The notes beneath the pieces were generated by a model, which ran no database searches, was not told where the DNA came from, and was given only the letters and a program-made list of their open reading frames with translations. A DNA stretch of 64,000 bases from a bacterium (GTDB taxonomy: Bacteria; Zhuqueibacterota; Zhuqueibacteria; Zhuqueibacterales; Zhuqueibacteraceae), in the NCBI GenBank assembly GCA_044869275.1, contig JBIOXB010000223.1:32001-96000 (forward strand). Reading direction: 5' to 3'. Both the position numbers and the translations under genes were made by a program. Shown one piece after another: positions 29,955 through 39,968 of this stretch (the stretch's first letter is position 1; every line of letters begins with the position of its first letter).

Positions 29955-32933
29955 ATGACCCGTACGATCATAATTGATCGTCAATTTTCTTGGTCTAGTA
30001 AAACTCGCGGATTGCTGTTATCCCTGCTTCTGTTCTTCTCTTCGGCCCACGCGCAATTTCAAAGCTTCGAGACTCCCAATCTGCGCCTGATCTATTACAG
30101 CTCAGCGCAAGAATATCTCGTTCCACATATCGCCCGCTGTTTTGAAAATGCCCTGCGTTTCCATCGGGGCATCTTCGATTATTCCCCAGAGGGCAAAATC
30201 ACCGTATTTCTGCAAGATCTCGCGGATTACGGCAACGGCGGGGCGGAGGTGCTGCCGCGCAACTTTGTGTATGTGCTCATGCCCTCGTTTCCTCATGCTT
30301 ACGAAATCGTGCTCGGCAACGAGCGCATGAATTGGATGATGAACCACGAGCTCGCGCACATCGTGTCGATGGACAAAGCGGCAAGCCGTGATGAGTTTTT
30401 CCGCATGCTTTTTGCGGGCAAGGTCTATCCGGAAGCCGCGCATCCCGTTTCGATGCTATATAGTTATCTCACCGCCCCACGCCGTTATGCGCCGCGCTGG
30501 TATCACGAAGGCAGTGCCGTCTTTCTCGAGACCTGGATGGCCGGCGGCTTGGGTCGTGCGCTGTCCTCGTATTATGAAATGGTATTTCGCACCATGGTGC
30601 GTGACCGCAGTTACTTTTACGATCTCGTCGGCTTGGAATCCGAAGGCACGGCGATTGATTTCCAAGTCGGCGCGAATTCATATCTGTACGGCACGCGCTT
30701 CGTCAGTTATGTCGCCGATCAATATGGGCCGGAGAAACTGATGTGTTGGCTCGCGCGCGCTGACAGCAGCAAGAGTTATTATGCCGGCCAATTCAAAAAG
30801 GTATATGGCCTCCCGCTTGATCACGCTTGGCGGCAATGGATTGCTTGGGAGCATCAATTTCAACAAGCCAACCTCGATTCGCTGCAACTTTATCCGATCA
30901 CCTCATATCGCCCAATCACACGCACCGCGCTGGGTTCTGTGTCTCGCGGATATTATGATCCGACGCGGAAAAAGTTGTATGTCGCGTTGAATTACCCTGG
31001 CCAGATTCCGCATCTGGCGGCCATCGACGCCAATACCGGCGTGATTCAGAAAATTTGCAATATTCGCGGCGGCGCTACATATTATGTCGCTGCACTCGCG
31101 TACGACGCTACCGGCCAGAGGCTTTTTTTCACCGAGAAGAACAATGCCTGGCGCGATCTCTGCGCCGTGGACTTGCGCACAGGTGAAAAGCGGATATTGC
31201 TTGAAACCGCGCGGATTGGCGATTTGGCTTTCAATCAAGCCGACAGCTCGCTGTGGGGCATTCGCAGTTCTCTGGGCCTGTCCACTCTCGTGCGTATTCC
31301 TTATCCCTACCAGGAATGGAATCAAGTGTTAACGTTCCCTTACGGCCATGAAGTCTATGATTTATCCCTCGCACCCGATGGCGCTGCGCTGGTAGCCTCA
31401 CGCACAGAAGTGAATGGCAGGCAAAAGCTCATCCAAATGGATACGAAAAAATTGCTGGCGGGTGACAGCTCTTTTGCAGTGATATATGATTTTGAATTCA
31501 GCTCGCCGGAAAGTTTCACGTTCTCTGCGGATGGAAGATATTTATACGGCTCTTCATATTACTCCGGCGTCTCTAATATCTATCGCTATGATTTCGGCCG
31601 CAAAGAAATGGAGATCGTGAGCAACGCCGAAACCGGCTTCTTCCGCCCCGTGCCGGTTTCTGAGGACTCATTGATCGCGATGTGTTACACCGGCAAAGGC
31701 TTCATGCCGGTGATGCTGCCGAATCAAAAGCCAGAATATGTCAACGCCATTCAATTTCTCGGGAATGAGGTTGTCAAAAACCATCCGCAGGTCAAAGAGT
31801 GGAAAATTCCCGCGCCGGCCAGTATCGTGCTCGATTCTCTCGCGACTGCAACGACCAGCTACAGTTCACTGCGCGACACCAAGCTGGCTTCTGCCTATCC
31901 CATCGTCGAAGGCTACAAAGCCTATACGGCCGTTGGCGCACGTGTGAAGTTTTCCAATTCGTTGCGCCTCAGCGATTTGAGCCTCACTGCTTCATATTCG
32001 CCGCTGGGTCAATTGCCTGCGGAAGAAAGAGTGCATCTCGGCTTGGATTTTCATTATTGGCAATTTAATTTCAAGTTGCGCTATAACGGCGGCGATTTCT
32101 ACGATTTGTTCGGCCCGACCAAGAGAAGCCGTAAGGGCTACTCCGCCGACCTGCTCTACAAAAAGTATCTGCAGTTTGACGAATCTTCCACCGGTTCATA
32201 TAGCGTCGATTATTATCTGCAAGCCGCAGGATATGGCGGGCTGGAACGATTGCCGGAGTTTCAGAATATCGCGGCCTCGTTTGACAAGGCGTTCTATTTC
32301 AACGCCGGTTTCAATCACCAAAATCTTGCCCGGCCTTTGGGCGCGGTCGAAGCGGAAAGGGGAATTCGCTTTCAAGTCCATTCTGAAAACAGCATCAGCA
32401 ATGCCAAGTTTTTTCCGCATCTCTACACCGCCTTGGACCATGGCTTCATGTTGCCGATCCCGCATTCGTCGCTCTGGTTGCGCGGCTCTGCGGGTTATGC
32501 CTACGGTGATCGCGACAACTCCTTTGCGAATTTCTATTTCGGCGGCTTTGGCAATAATTGGATCGATCATCTGTCGTACCAGCGTTTTCGCGAATACGAG
32601 AGTTTTCCCGGTGTGGAGCTGAACAGCATCGGCGGGACCAATTTCGGCAAACTGCTGGCGGAATGGACTTTGCCGCCGTTGCGTTTTCGCCGTTTGGGTT
32701 TGCCCACGCTGTATTGCCGTTGGGCGCGCCTCGCGCTTTTTTCTGCCGGTATCGTCACCAACGTTGACAGCGCACCGGTTCGCCGGGAAGTTTTCGATTT
32801 CGGTGGGCAATTGGATTTCAATATCGTTTTGTTTTCGAATTTGAATTCGACGTTTTCGCTGGGTTATGCCGCAGCATTCGAGGCACGGCAGCGGCTGGCA
32901 AAAGAGTTCATGATTTCGCTGAAGATTCTCTGA
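29955..32933 (+). CDS. Outer-membrane protein: HExxH peptidase-like domain, beta-propeller and C-terminal beta-barrel
   Basis: Signal peptide, NHELAH...WYHEG, TolB-like repeats (LSLAPDG, FTFSADG), amphipathic strands at the C-terminus. Confidence 0.78.
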   Translation: MTRTIIIDRQFSWSSKTRGLLLSLLLFFSSAHAQFQSFETPNLRLIYYSSAQEYLVPHIARCFENALRFHRGIFDYSPEGKITVFLQDLADYGNGGAEVLPRNFVYVLMPSFPHAYEIVLGNERMNWMMNHELAHIVSMDKAASRDEFFRMLFAGKVYPEAAHPVSMLYSYLTAPRRYAPRWYHEGSAVFLETWMAGGLGRALSSYYEMVFRTMVRDRSYFYDLVGLESEGTAIDFQVGANSYLYGTRFVSYVADQYGPEKLMCWLARADSSKSYYAGQFKKVYGLPLDHAWRQWIAWEHQFQQANLDSLQLYPITSYRPITRTALGSVSRGYYDPTRKKLYVALNYPGQIPHLAAIDANTGVIQKICNIRGGATYYVAALAYDATGQRLFFTEKNNAWRDLCAVDLRTGEKRILLETARIGDLAFNQADSSLWGIRSSLGLSTLVRIPYPYQEWNQVLTFPYGHEVYDLSLAPDGAALVASRTEVNGRQKLIQMDTKKLLAGDSSFAVIYDFEFSSPESFTFSADGRYLYGSSYYSGVSNIYRYDFGRKEMEIVSNAETGFFRPVPVSEDSLIAMCYTGKGFMPVMLPNQKPEYVNAIQFLGNEVVKNHPQVKEWKIPAPASIVLDSLATATTSYSSLRDTKLASAYPIVEGYKAYTAVGARVKFSNSLRLSDLSLTASYSPLGQLPAEERVHLGLDFHYWQFNFKLRYNGGDFYDLFGPTKRSRKGYSADLLYKKYLQFDESSTGSYSVDYYLQAAGYGGLERLPEFQNIAASFDKAFYFNAGFNHQNLARPLGAVEAERGIRFQVHSENSISNAKFFPHLYTALDHGFMLPIPHSSLWLRGSAGYAYGDRDNSFANFYFGGFGNNWIDHLSYQRFREYESFPGVELNSIGGTNFGKLLAEWTLPPLRFRRLGLPTLYCRWARLALFSAGIVTNVDSAPVRREVFDFGGQLDFNIVLFSNLNSTFSLGYAAAFEARQRLAKEFMISLKIL

Positions 32934-33019
32934 GGGTGCTTGATAATGGCTACGATTGGGAGGTCCAGCAACGTGGACGGGTTTGGTGCTAGCCAGGGAC
33001 ATATCTCTTAGAGCCTAAA

Positions 33020-36000
33020 ATGAATTCCAGAATTAACTCTCTCGTTCTGGTTACCTTGCTGCTCGTAGGCCATCTTACAATCGTGTTTCATGCTCAGTCG
33101 CAGCCTCGGCAGCAAAGTGGCGCAGAAAAATTGGCCTGGCCACCGCCATCACCTAATCTCGGGAAGGTACAGATTGAACCCCTGCAGATTCAGGGTATCC
33201 AGGCAGTGCAGGATCAGCAGGGATTTATGTGGGTTGTAACCCAAAATGGCCTTTATCGCTATGACGGTTATTCTTATATCCACTACCGGCACGATCCGCT
33301 GGACTCGACCTCCATTTCATATCCCCGGCTGGAATGCCTGTACGTGGATCGCGACGGAATCTTGTGGGTGGGTAGCTATGGCGGCGGCCTCAACCGTTAT
33401 AACCGCGAAACCGACACGTTTACCCGCTTCCGGCACAACGAAAAGGATCCGAAGAGCTTGAGCCACGACGAGGTGACGGCAATTCTGGAAGATCGTCATA
33501 GCATGCTCTGGGTCGGCACGCACGGCGGCCTCAACCGCTTTGATCGCCAGACCGGCGTGTTCACGCGCTATCTGCATGATCCACTTAATCCCGCCAGTTT
33601 AAGCTGCGATCAGGCACGGGTGCTTTATGAAGATCGGCAAGGAACGCTTTGGATCGGCACCGGCGAACCGGATATATCTGCACTCCTGCGCATCCAGGGC
33701 GGCCTTAACCGTTTTGACCCCCAGAGCGAGACTTTTGTCCGGTACCTGCACGATTCGGCTGATCCCACCAGCCTGATCCACGATCAAGTGTTATCGCTCT
33801 GCGAGGATTCTCGGGGTAATTTCTGGGTCGGCACCATGGGCGATGGGTTGCACACCATGGATCGGAAGCGGGGAACCTTCACCCGCTTGCGCTACGATCC
33901 GGCCAATCCTCGGAAATTGAGCGCTCCGTTTTTAGATGGCACTCAGGTGGTACCGGAAGAATGTAATGGCTGGTTGAATTGTGGCGGGGTCACTTTCATT
34001 CATGAAGACCGTTACGGCATGCTCTGGATCGGCCGTCTTGGCGGCGGTATCAATCGCTATGATCCGGAGGCGGGAGCTCTGGTTCATTATGAAGTAGCAA
34101 CCAGTGGCCTGTCGGATAATTTTATTTGGCGGATGTATGAATCACATGACGGCACTTTGTGGATCGGGACCTGGCTTAGAACACATAAGCTGATTTCCTC
34201 AATAACTGCGTTTCCGCTGTATTTGCCGCATCCGGTGAACGCCAATGCAGGCTTGCAGCTCGTTACCAGCTTATTGGAAGACCGTGACGGAATGATTTGG
34301 AGCTCCACCTGGGGTAATGGTGTGGTTCGTATTGACCGCAGCACCGGTGTGGTTACAGAGTACCGGCACGATGCCAACGATCCCAATAGCTTGGGAAGTG
34401 ATATCGTCCCTTGTCTATATGAAGACCGGTCAGGCGCGCTTTGGATTGGGAGTGGAGGAATAGTACTCAGTCGCTACGACCGCGCTACGCAGCGGTTTAC
34501 CCACTTCCGGCATGATCCTGCAAACCCGGCAAGCCGGGGATCAAGCACCATAACGTGCATCCTTGAAGACCGGCATGGCAGGTTGTGGGTCGGCACCGAG
34601 TTTGGAGGACTTGAGCGACGTGACCCGGCCACGGGGCTTTTCAGGCATTTCCAGCATAACCAAAAAGACTCTACCAGCGTGGCACATCAATCTATCGACA
34701 CCATCCATGAAGATCGATCAGGCGTTCTGTGGATAGGAACTGGAAATGGCCTTAGCCGTTTTGATCCGAAAACGGAATCCTTTAAAACATTTCTCTACGG
34801 CAGGCGAATTACTTCCCTTTATGATGATTCAGGTGGTCATTTCTGGATTGGTACCCTGGGAAACGGGCTGCACCGTTTCGACCGCGAGACCGGAGCGAGC
34901 ACCCGCTTTGACCAGGAAAATGGTCTGCCTAGCGAAAACGTGGCAGGCCTGGTGGAAGACAACAACGGCTTTCTCTGGGTCAGCACCTCCGAAGGAGCAT
35001 TCGCCTCCATTGGCGGGCAGTTATCAAGATTTGATCGAAAAGCTGAGACCTTTACGAACTTCAGCAGCCTAGACGGACTGCCGGACATCGGGTTTTTTAG
35101 AGGGGCTTTTCTGAAGACCAGGGATGAGAAGTTGTTTTTCGGAGGAAACGGCGGCTTTACAGCTTTCGACCCGGCAACGATCCGGGAAAACAAGCTCGGA
35201 GCACCGAAGATGGTGCTGACCGGCCTGCGAGTGTTTAATAAAGAAGTCAGGCCCGGCTCGGCGTCACCACTCCGGCAACCACTATATAAGGCCACGGAAA
35301 TCATCCTCTCTTATGACCAAAACGATTTCACGATAGACTACACGGGGCTTTCCTACCACACGCCGGAGAAGAATCGGTATTATTACAAACTGGAGCCACG
35401 CGATGCCGATTGGGTGAATTCCTACGCTCAGCGCAGTGCGCGTTACTCCGGTTTATCGCCGGGGAGTTATGTTTTTCGCGTGCGTGCGGTGGATGACAAG
35501 GGGAATGCGAGCGAGGAAGACGCCTCGATTCGGGTGGTGATTCTGCCGCCTTTGTGGCGCACGATCTGGGCTTACATACTTTATGGCTTGTTGTTCATTG
35601 CGGCAGTGTATGCGATAGACCGGTTTCAACGCCGGCGACTGTTCCGCGAAGAACGCGAGCGCGCCCGGGAAAGGGAGCTACAGCAGGCGCGGGAAATCGA
35701 AAAGGCCTATAACGAATTGCAGAAAACGCAGCAGCAGCTCATTACGCAGGAAAAGCTCGCCTCGCTCGGCCAGCTCACCGCCGGCATCGCGCACGAAATT
35801 AAGAATCCGTTGAACTTCGTCAATAATTTTGCCGTGCTCACCACGGATTTAACCAAAGAATTACGCGAAGTGCTGGAAACGCACACCGGCAAATTGGATG
35901 CAGCAGCACAAGGAGAGGTGCAGGAAGTATTGCAGTTACTGGACCAGAATATCGCCAAGATCAATGAGCACAGCAAGCGCGCGGACAATATTGTGAAAGA

Positions 36001-36628
36001 TATGTTATTGCATTCGCGTGGTGAATCCGGCGAGCGGCGGGCAGCGGACGTCAACGGCATTCTGGATGAATATGTGATGCTGGCGTATCACAGCATGCGC
36101 GGCACGGATTCAACTTTTAATATTAAAATCGAAAAAGATTACGATCCCACGATTGGCCGTGTCGAAGTTTTTCCACAGGATTTGAGCCGGGTCTTTCTCA
36201 ACTTGGTCAATAACGCCTGCTACGCCACGCACGAGAAGAAAAAAAGTTTGACGGGGAGAGTGGGGGAAGGGGAGAGCGGGAGAGAGGGCGACGGGGCGAC
36301 GGGGAGAGATGGAGAAACCGCCAGGCACAGTCACCTACTCTCCCAGTCTCCCTCTCGGCTCTTCACGCCGACGCTTTCCGTCACAACCAAAAATCTCGGC
36401 GACAGAATCGAAATCCGCATTCGCGACAACGGCAACGGCATTCCTGCGGAGATTCGCGAAAAAATTTTCAATCCCTTCTTCACCACGAAACCGGCGGGAC
36501 AAGGCACGGGCTTGGGTTTGTCGATCAGTTACGACATCATCGTGCAGGAGCATCACGGGGAAATCAAAGTGGAAACGGAGGAAGGGAGTTTTACCGACTT
36601 TATCATCAGATTGCCTCGCAAACTATAA
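33020..36628 (+). CDS. Sensor histidine kinase (Reg_prop propeller, Y_Y_Y, TM, HisKA, HATPase)
   Basis: HDPxxxSLS and EDRxGxLWIGT repeats, PPLWRTIWAY plus TM, AHEIKNPL. Confidence 0.93.
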   Translation: MNSRINSLVLVTLLLVGHLTIVFHAQSQPRQQSGAEKLAWPPPSPNLGKVQIEPLQIQGIQAVQDQQGFMWVVTQNGLYRYDGYSYIHYRHDPLDSTSISYPRLECLYVDRDGILWVGSYGGGLNRYNRETDTFTRFRHNEKDPKSLSHDEVTAILEDRHSMLWVGTHGGLNRFDRQTGVFTRYLHDPLNPASLSCDQARVLYEDRQGTLWIGTGEPDISALLRIQGGLNRFDPQSETFVRYLHDSADPTSLIHDQVLSLCEDSRGNFWVGTMGDGLHTMDRKRGTFTRLRYDPANPRKLSAPFLDGTQVVPEECNGWLNCGGVTFIHEDRYGMLWIGRLGGGINRYDPEAGALVHYEVATSGLSDNFIWRMYESHDGTLWIGTWLRTHKLISSITAFPLYLPHPVNANAGLQLVTSLLEDRDGMIWSSTWGNGVVRIDRSTGVVTEYRHDANDPNSLGSDIVPCLYEDRSGALWIGSGGIVLSRYDRATQRFTHFRHDPANPASRGSSTITCILEDRHGRLWVGTEFGGLERRDPATGLFRHFQHNQKDSTSVAHQSIDTIHEDRSGVLWIGTGNGLSRFDPKTESFKTFLYGRRITSLYDDSGGHFWIGTLGNGLHRFDRETGASTRFDQENGLPSENVAGLVEDNNGFLWVSTSEGAFASIGGQLSRFDRKAETFTNFSSLDGLPDIGFFRGAFLKTRDEKLFFGGNGGFTAFDPATIRENKLGAPKMVLTGLRVFNKEVRPGSASPLRQPLYKATEIILSYDQNDFTIDYTGLSYHTPEKNRYYYKLEPRDADWVNSYAQRSARYSGLSPGSYVFRVRAVDDKGNASEEDASIRVVILPPLWRTIWAYILYGLLFIAAVYAIDRFQRRRLFREERERARERELQQAREIEKAYNELQKTQQQLITQEKLASLGQLTAGIAHEIKNPLNFVNNFAVLTTDLTKELREVLETHTGKLDAAAQGEVQEVLQLLDQNIAKINEHSKRADNIVKDMLLHSRGESGERRAADVNGILDEYVMLAYHSMRGTDSTFNIKIEKDYDPTIGRVEVFPQDLSRVFLNLVNNACYATHEKKKSLTGRVGEGESGREGDGATGRDGETARHSHLLSQSPSRLFTPTLSVTTKNLGDRIEIRIRDNGNGIPAEIREKIFNPFFTTKPAGQGTGLGLSISYDIIVQEHHGEIKVETEEGSFTDFIIRLPRKL

Positions 36629-36643
36629 CACAAGGAGAATATC

Positions 36644-38548
36644 ATGTCCAGTGCTTATGAGCAACTCTATAAACGATCGCTTGAGGACCCGGAGGGCTTC
36701 TGGGCCCAGGCCGCCGAAGAGGTTCACTGGCTCAAGAAATGGGACAAAGTTTTCGATGATTCACGCCACCCGTTCTATCGCTGGTTTACCGGAGGCATGA
36801 CCAACAGTTGCTACAACGCTCTCGATTTGCACGTCGAAAACGGCCGCGCCCACCAACCCGCTCTCATCTATGACAGCCCGGTCACCGGCACGATCAAGAC
36901 TTTTACTTATCGCGAGTTGCTGGATGAGGTGTCGCGCTTTGCTGGTGTTCTGACTCGCCAGGGAGTTCAAAAAGGAGACGGCGTCATCATTTACATGCCA
37001 ATGGTGCCGGAGGCGGCGATTGCCATGCTGGCTTGCAGCCGAATCGGTGCGATTCACTCAGTGGTCTTCGGAGGTTTTGCTGCCAAAGAGCTGGCAAGCC
37101 GCCTCAGTGACGCCAGGCCAAAGCTGATCGTGTCCGCTTCCTGCGGCATCGAAGTCAACCGCGTTTTGCCGTACAAGCCGCTGCTTGACGAAGCGATTGC
37201 GATCGCCTCGGCGAAGCCTGAGCGATGTATTATTCTCCAACGTCCGCAAGAGAAGGCCGCCATGATCGCCGGGCGCGATCACGATTGGTCGGAGCTGATG
37301 GCGGACGCCAAGCCCGTCGCATGTGTGCCAGTGGCTGCCACTGATCCGCTTTACATTCTCTACACCTCCGGCACGACGGGAATTCCCAAGGGCATCGTGC
37401 GCGATAATGGCGGACACTTGGTTGCTCTCAAATGGAGCATGAGAAACATCTATGGCGTCGAGCCGGGTGAGGTCTATTGGGCGGCCTCCGATTTGGGTTG
37501 GGCGGTCGGCCATTCCTACATCATCTATGGCCCTCTCTTTAATGGAAACACCACTGTTCTTTACGAGGGCAAACCAGTCGGCACACCTGACCCCGGCGCC
37601 TTCTGGCGGGTCATCTCGCAACATAATGTGAGCGTCCTCTTCACGGCGCCGACAGCTTTTCGGGCGATCAAACGCGACGACCCCAACGGTGACTATATCC
37701 GCAAGTATGAATTGAGCCGCTTCCGAACGCTTTTCCTTGCCGGCGAGCGGTGCGATCCCGACACCTTATTATGGGCACAGAAGCAGCTTAATGTGCCGGT
37801 CATCGATCACTGGTGGCAAACGGAGACCGGCTGGCCAATTGGCGCCAACTGTGTGGGGTTAGGAATGTTCCCGGTCAAGCCGGGTTCCTGCACCAAGCCG
37901 GTTCCGGGCTATGACGTGCGTGTGTTGGGGGCAAATGGCACGGAAGTATCGGATGGTGAAATCGGCAACATCGTTATCAAGCTTCCCCTGCCGCCCGGCT
38001 GTCTGCCGACGCTGTGGAACAACGACGAAGGTTACCGGAATTCTTATCTAAGCGCCTTCCCCGGCTACTATTCGACCGCAGATGCCGGCTACAAGGATGA
38101 GGACGGCTATCTCTGGGTCATGAGCCGCACCGATGACATCATCAACGTCGCCGGCCACCGCTTGTCAACCGGCGCGATGGAGGAGGTGCTCGCCTCTCAT
38201 TCTGACGTCGCCGAGTGCGCTGTCTTCGGGGCTGCGGACGAGCTCAAAGGAGAAATTCCATTGGGTCTTGTCGTGCTCAAAGCCGGCGTGCAGCGTGCCC
38301 ACGACGAGATTATTCAGGAGCTGATCCGGATGGTGCGTGAGAGGATCGGCCCGGTGGCTTCTTTCAAAGTTGCGACGATTGTCAAGCGGTTGCCCAAGAC
38401 GCGCTCGGGCAAGATCGTGCGCGGCACCATCAAGAAGATTGCTGACGGTGTGGAATACCGCATTCCACCGACGATTGACGACCCGGCGATTCTCGAGGAA
38501 ATCACCGAAAGTCTGGCGGTTTTGGGCTATCCGCGGCGAGCATCATGA
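36644..38548 (+). CDS. prpE: Propionyl-CoA synthetase
   Basis: YILYTSGTTGIPKG, RDNGG, DHWWQTETG, LPKTRSGK. Confidence 0.9.
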   Translation: MSSAYEQLYKRSLEDPEGFWAQAAEEVHWLKKWDKVFDDSRHPFYRWFTGGMTNSCYNALDLHVENGRAHQPALIYDSPVTGTIKTFTYRELLDEVSRFAGVLTRQGVQKGDGVIIYMPMVPEAAIAMLACSRIGAIHSVVFGGFAAKELASRLSDARPKLIVSASCGIEVNRVLPYKPLLDEAIAIASAKPERCIILQRPQEKAAMIAGRDHDWSELMADAKPVACVPVAATDPLYILYTSGTTGIPKGIVRDNGGHLVALKWSMRNIYGVEPGEVYWAASDLGWAVGHSYIIYGPLFNGNTTVLYEGKPVGTPDPGAFWRVISQHNVSVLFTAPTAFRAIKRDDPNGDYIRKYELSRFRTLFLAGERCDPDTLLWAQKQLNVPVIDHWWQTETGWPIGANCVGLGMFPVKPGSCTKPVPGYDVRVLGANGTEVSDGEIGNIVIKLPLPPGCLPTLWNNDEGYRNSYLSAFPGYYSTADAGYKDEDGYLWVMSRTDDIINVAGHRLSTGAMEEVLASHSDVAECAVFGAADELKGEIPLGLVVLKAGVQRAHDEIIQELIRMVRERIGPVASFKVATIVKRLPKTRSGKIVRGTIKKIADGVEYRIPPTIDDPAILEEITESLAVLGYPRRAS

Positions 38549-38576
38549 AATGGAGACAAAATACTGAGTTTTTGAT

Positions 38577-39750
38577 ATGCACTTCTTGGAAGGCTATCGC
38601 GAGCAGTGGATTCATCTGGGCACCCACCGCGAGGCCACGAATCGGATTCAACGTCGGCGCTTGATCAAAGAAGAACGCGAACGGGCGGAAGCGGAACGCA
38701 AAGACCTTGAGTTAAAAAAGGCTGCAGAGCTTAAAGTCGCTTATCAGAAATTGACGGAGGCCCACGGACGCCTGAAAGCCACGCAGCAACAACTGGTCAC
38801 GCAGGAGAAGCTCGCCTCGCTCGGCCAGCTTACCGCCGGCATCGCGCACGAGATCAAGAATCCGCTCAACTTCGTGAATAACTTTGCGGTGCTGTCGGTG
38901 GATTTGGCGAAGGAGTTGCGGGAGGCGATGGCGAAGATCGAGGATGGTGGATCGAGGATCGAAGATTGTGGATCGTGAAAGACTGGCGAAGATCGAGGAT
39001 CGTGGATCGTGAAAGTTTCGCCAATATCGAGGAGATTTTGGAGACGTTGATAAAGAATGCCGAAAAGATCAACCACCACGGCAAGTGCGCGGACAGCATC
39101 GTGAGGAGCATGATGCAGCACGCGCGCGGCGTTTCCGATCAGCGCGAGTTGGCGGGTATCAATCATTTGCTCGACGAGGCTGTGAATCTCACGTATCACG
39201 GCATGCGCGCCAACGAAGCTTCTTTCAACATCACGATTGAAAAGGATTACGATGAGACGATTGGCAAGCTCGAAATCGTGCCGCAGGATATTAGCCGGGT
39301 GTTTTTGAATATCGTCAACAATGCGTGTTACGCCGCGCACCAGAAAGCGCGAGTGGGTGAAGGGGAGAGCGGGAGAAAGGGAGACGGGGTGAGTGGGAGA
39401 GGGGGAGGGGCGACGGGGAGAGAGAGGGCGAAACCGCGAGGCCCAGTCACCCACTCTCCCAGTCTCCCTCTCGGCGCTTCACGCCGACGCTTTCCGTCAC
39501 AACCAAAAATCTCGGCGACAAAATCGAAATCCGCATTCGGGACAACGGCGACGGGATTCCGGTTGACATTCGCGACAAAATTTTTAATCCTTTTTTCACG
39601 ACAAAACCGACTGGACAAGGCACGGGGTTAGGCTTATCGATCAGCTATGATATCATTGTGCAAGCACACCAGGGCAATATCCGCGTCGAAACAGATGAAG
39701 GAAAATTTACGGAGTTTATCCTCAGCCTACCCCGAAATAAAGGACACTAA
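38577..39750 (+). pseudogene. Histidine kinase pseudogene (sensor deleted, two frameshifts)
   Basis: Y_Y_Y fragment fused to the coiled coil; HisKA/HATPase split over three frames at about 38965 and 39420; final stop TAA 39748-39750. Confidence 0.85.
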
Positions 39751-39752
39751 AT

Positions 39753-39890
39753 CTAGCAGGTTGCTGAAAAACTCCTTTTTCTGTCATGCCCGCGAAAGCG
39801 GGCATGCAAAAACTTCAACAAATTCATGGATCCCCGCATTCGCGGGGATGACAGATACAAGCAATTCGAGACTTTTCAGCATCCTGCTAG
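39753..39890. mobile_element. MITE-like element with CTAG-bounded terminal inverted repeats and internal REP-like hairpins
   Basis: ctagcaggttgctgaaaa ... ttttcagcatcctgctag enclosing gtcatgcccgcgaaagcgggcat and atccccgcattcgcggggatgac. Confidence 0.75.
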
Positions 39891-39968
39891 AAAACAATTT
39901 TAATATCGCTTAGGCAAGCAGCTTGACCTTATAGAAAACGGCTTTGCGCGGCGAAGGAGTGAAAAGCC

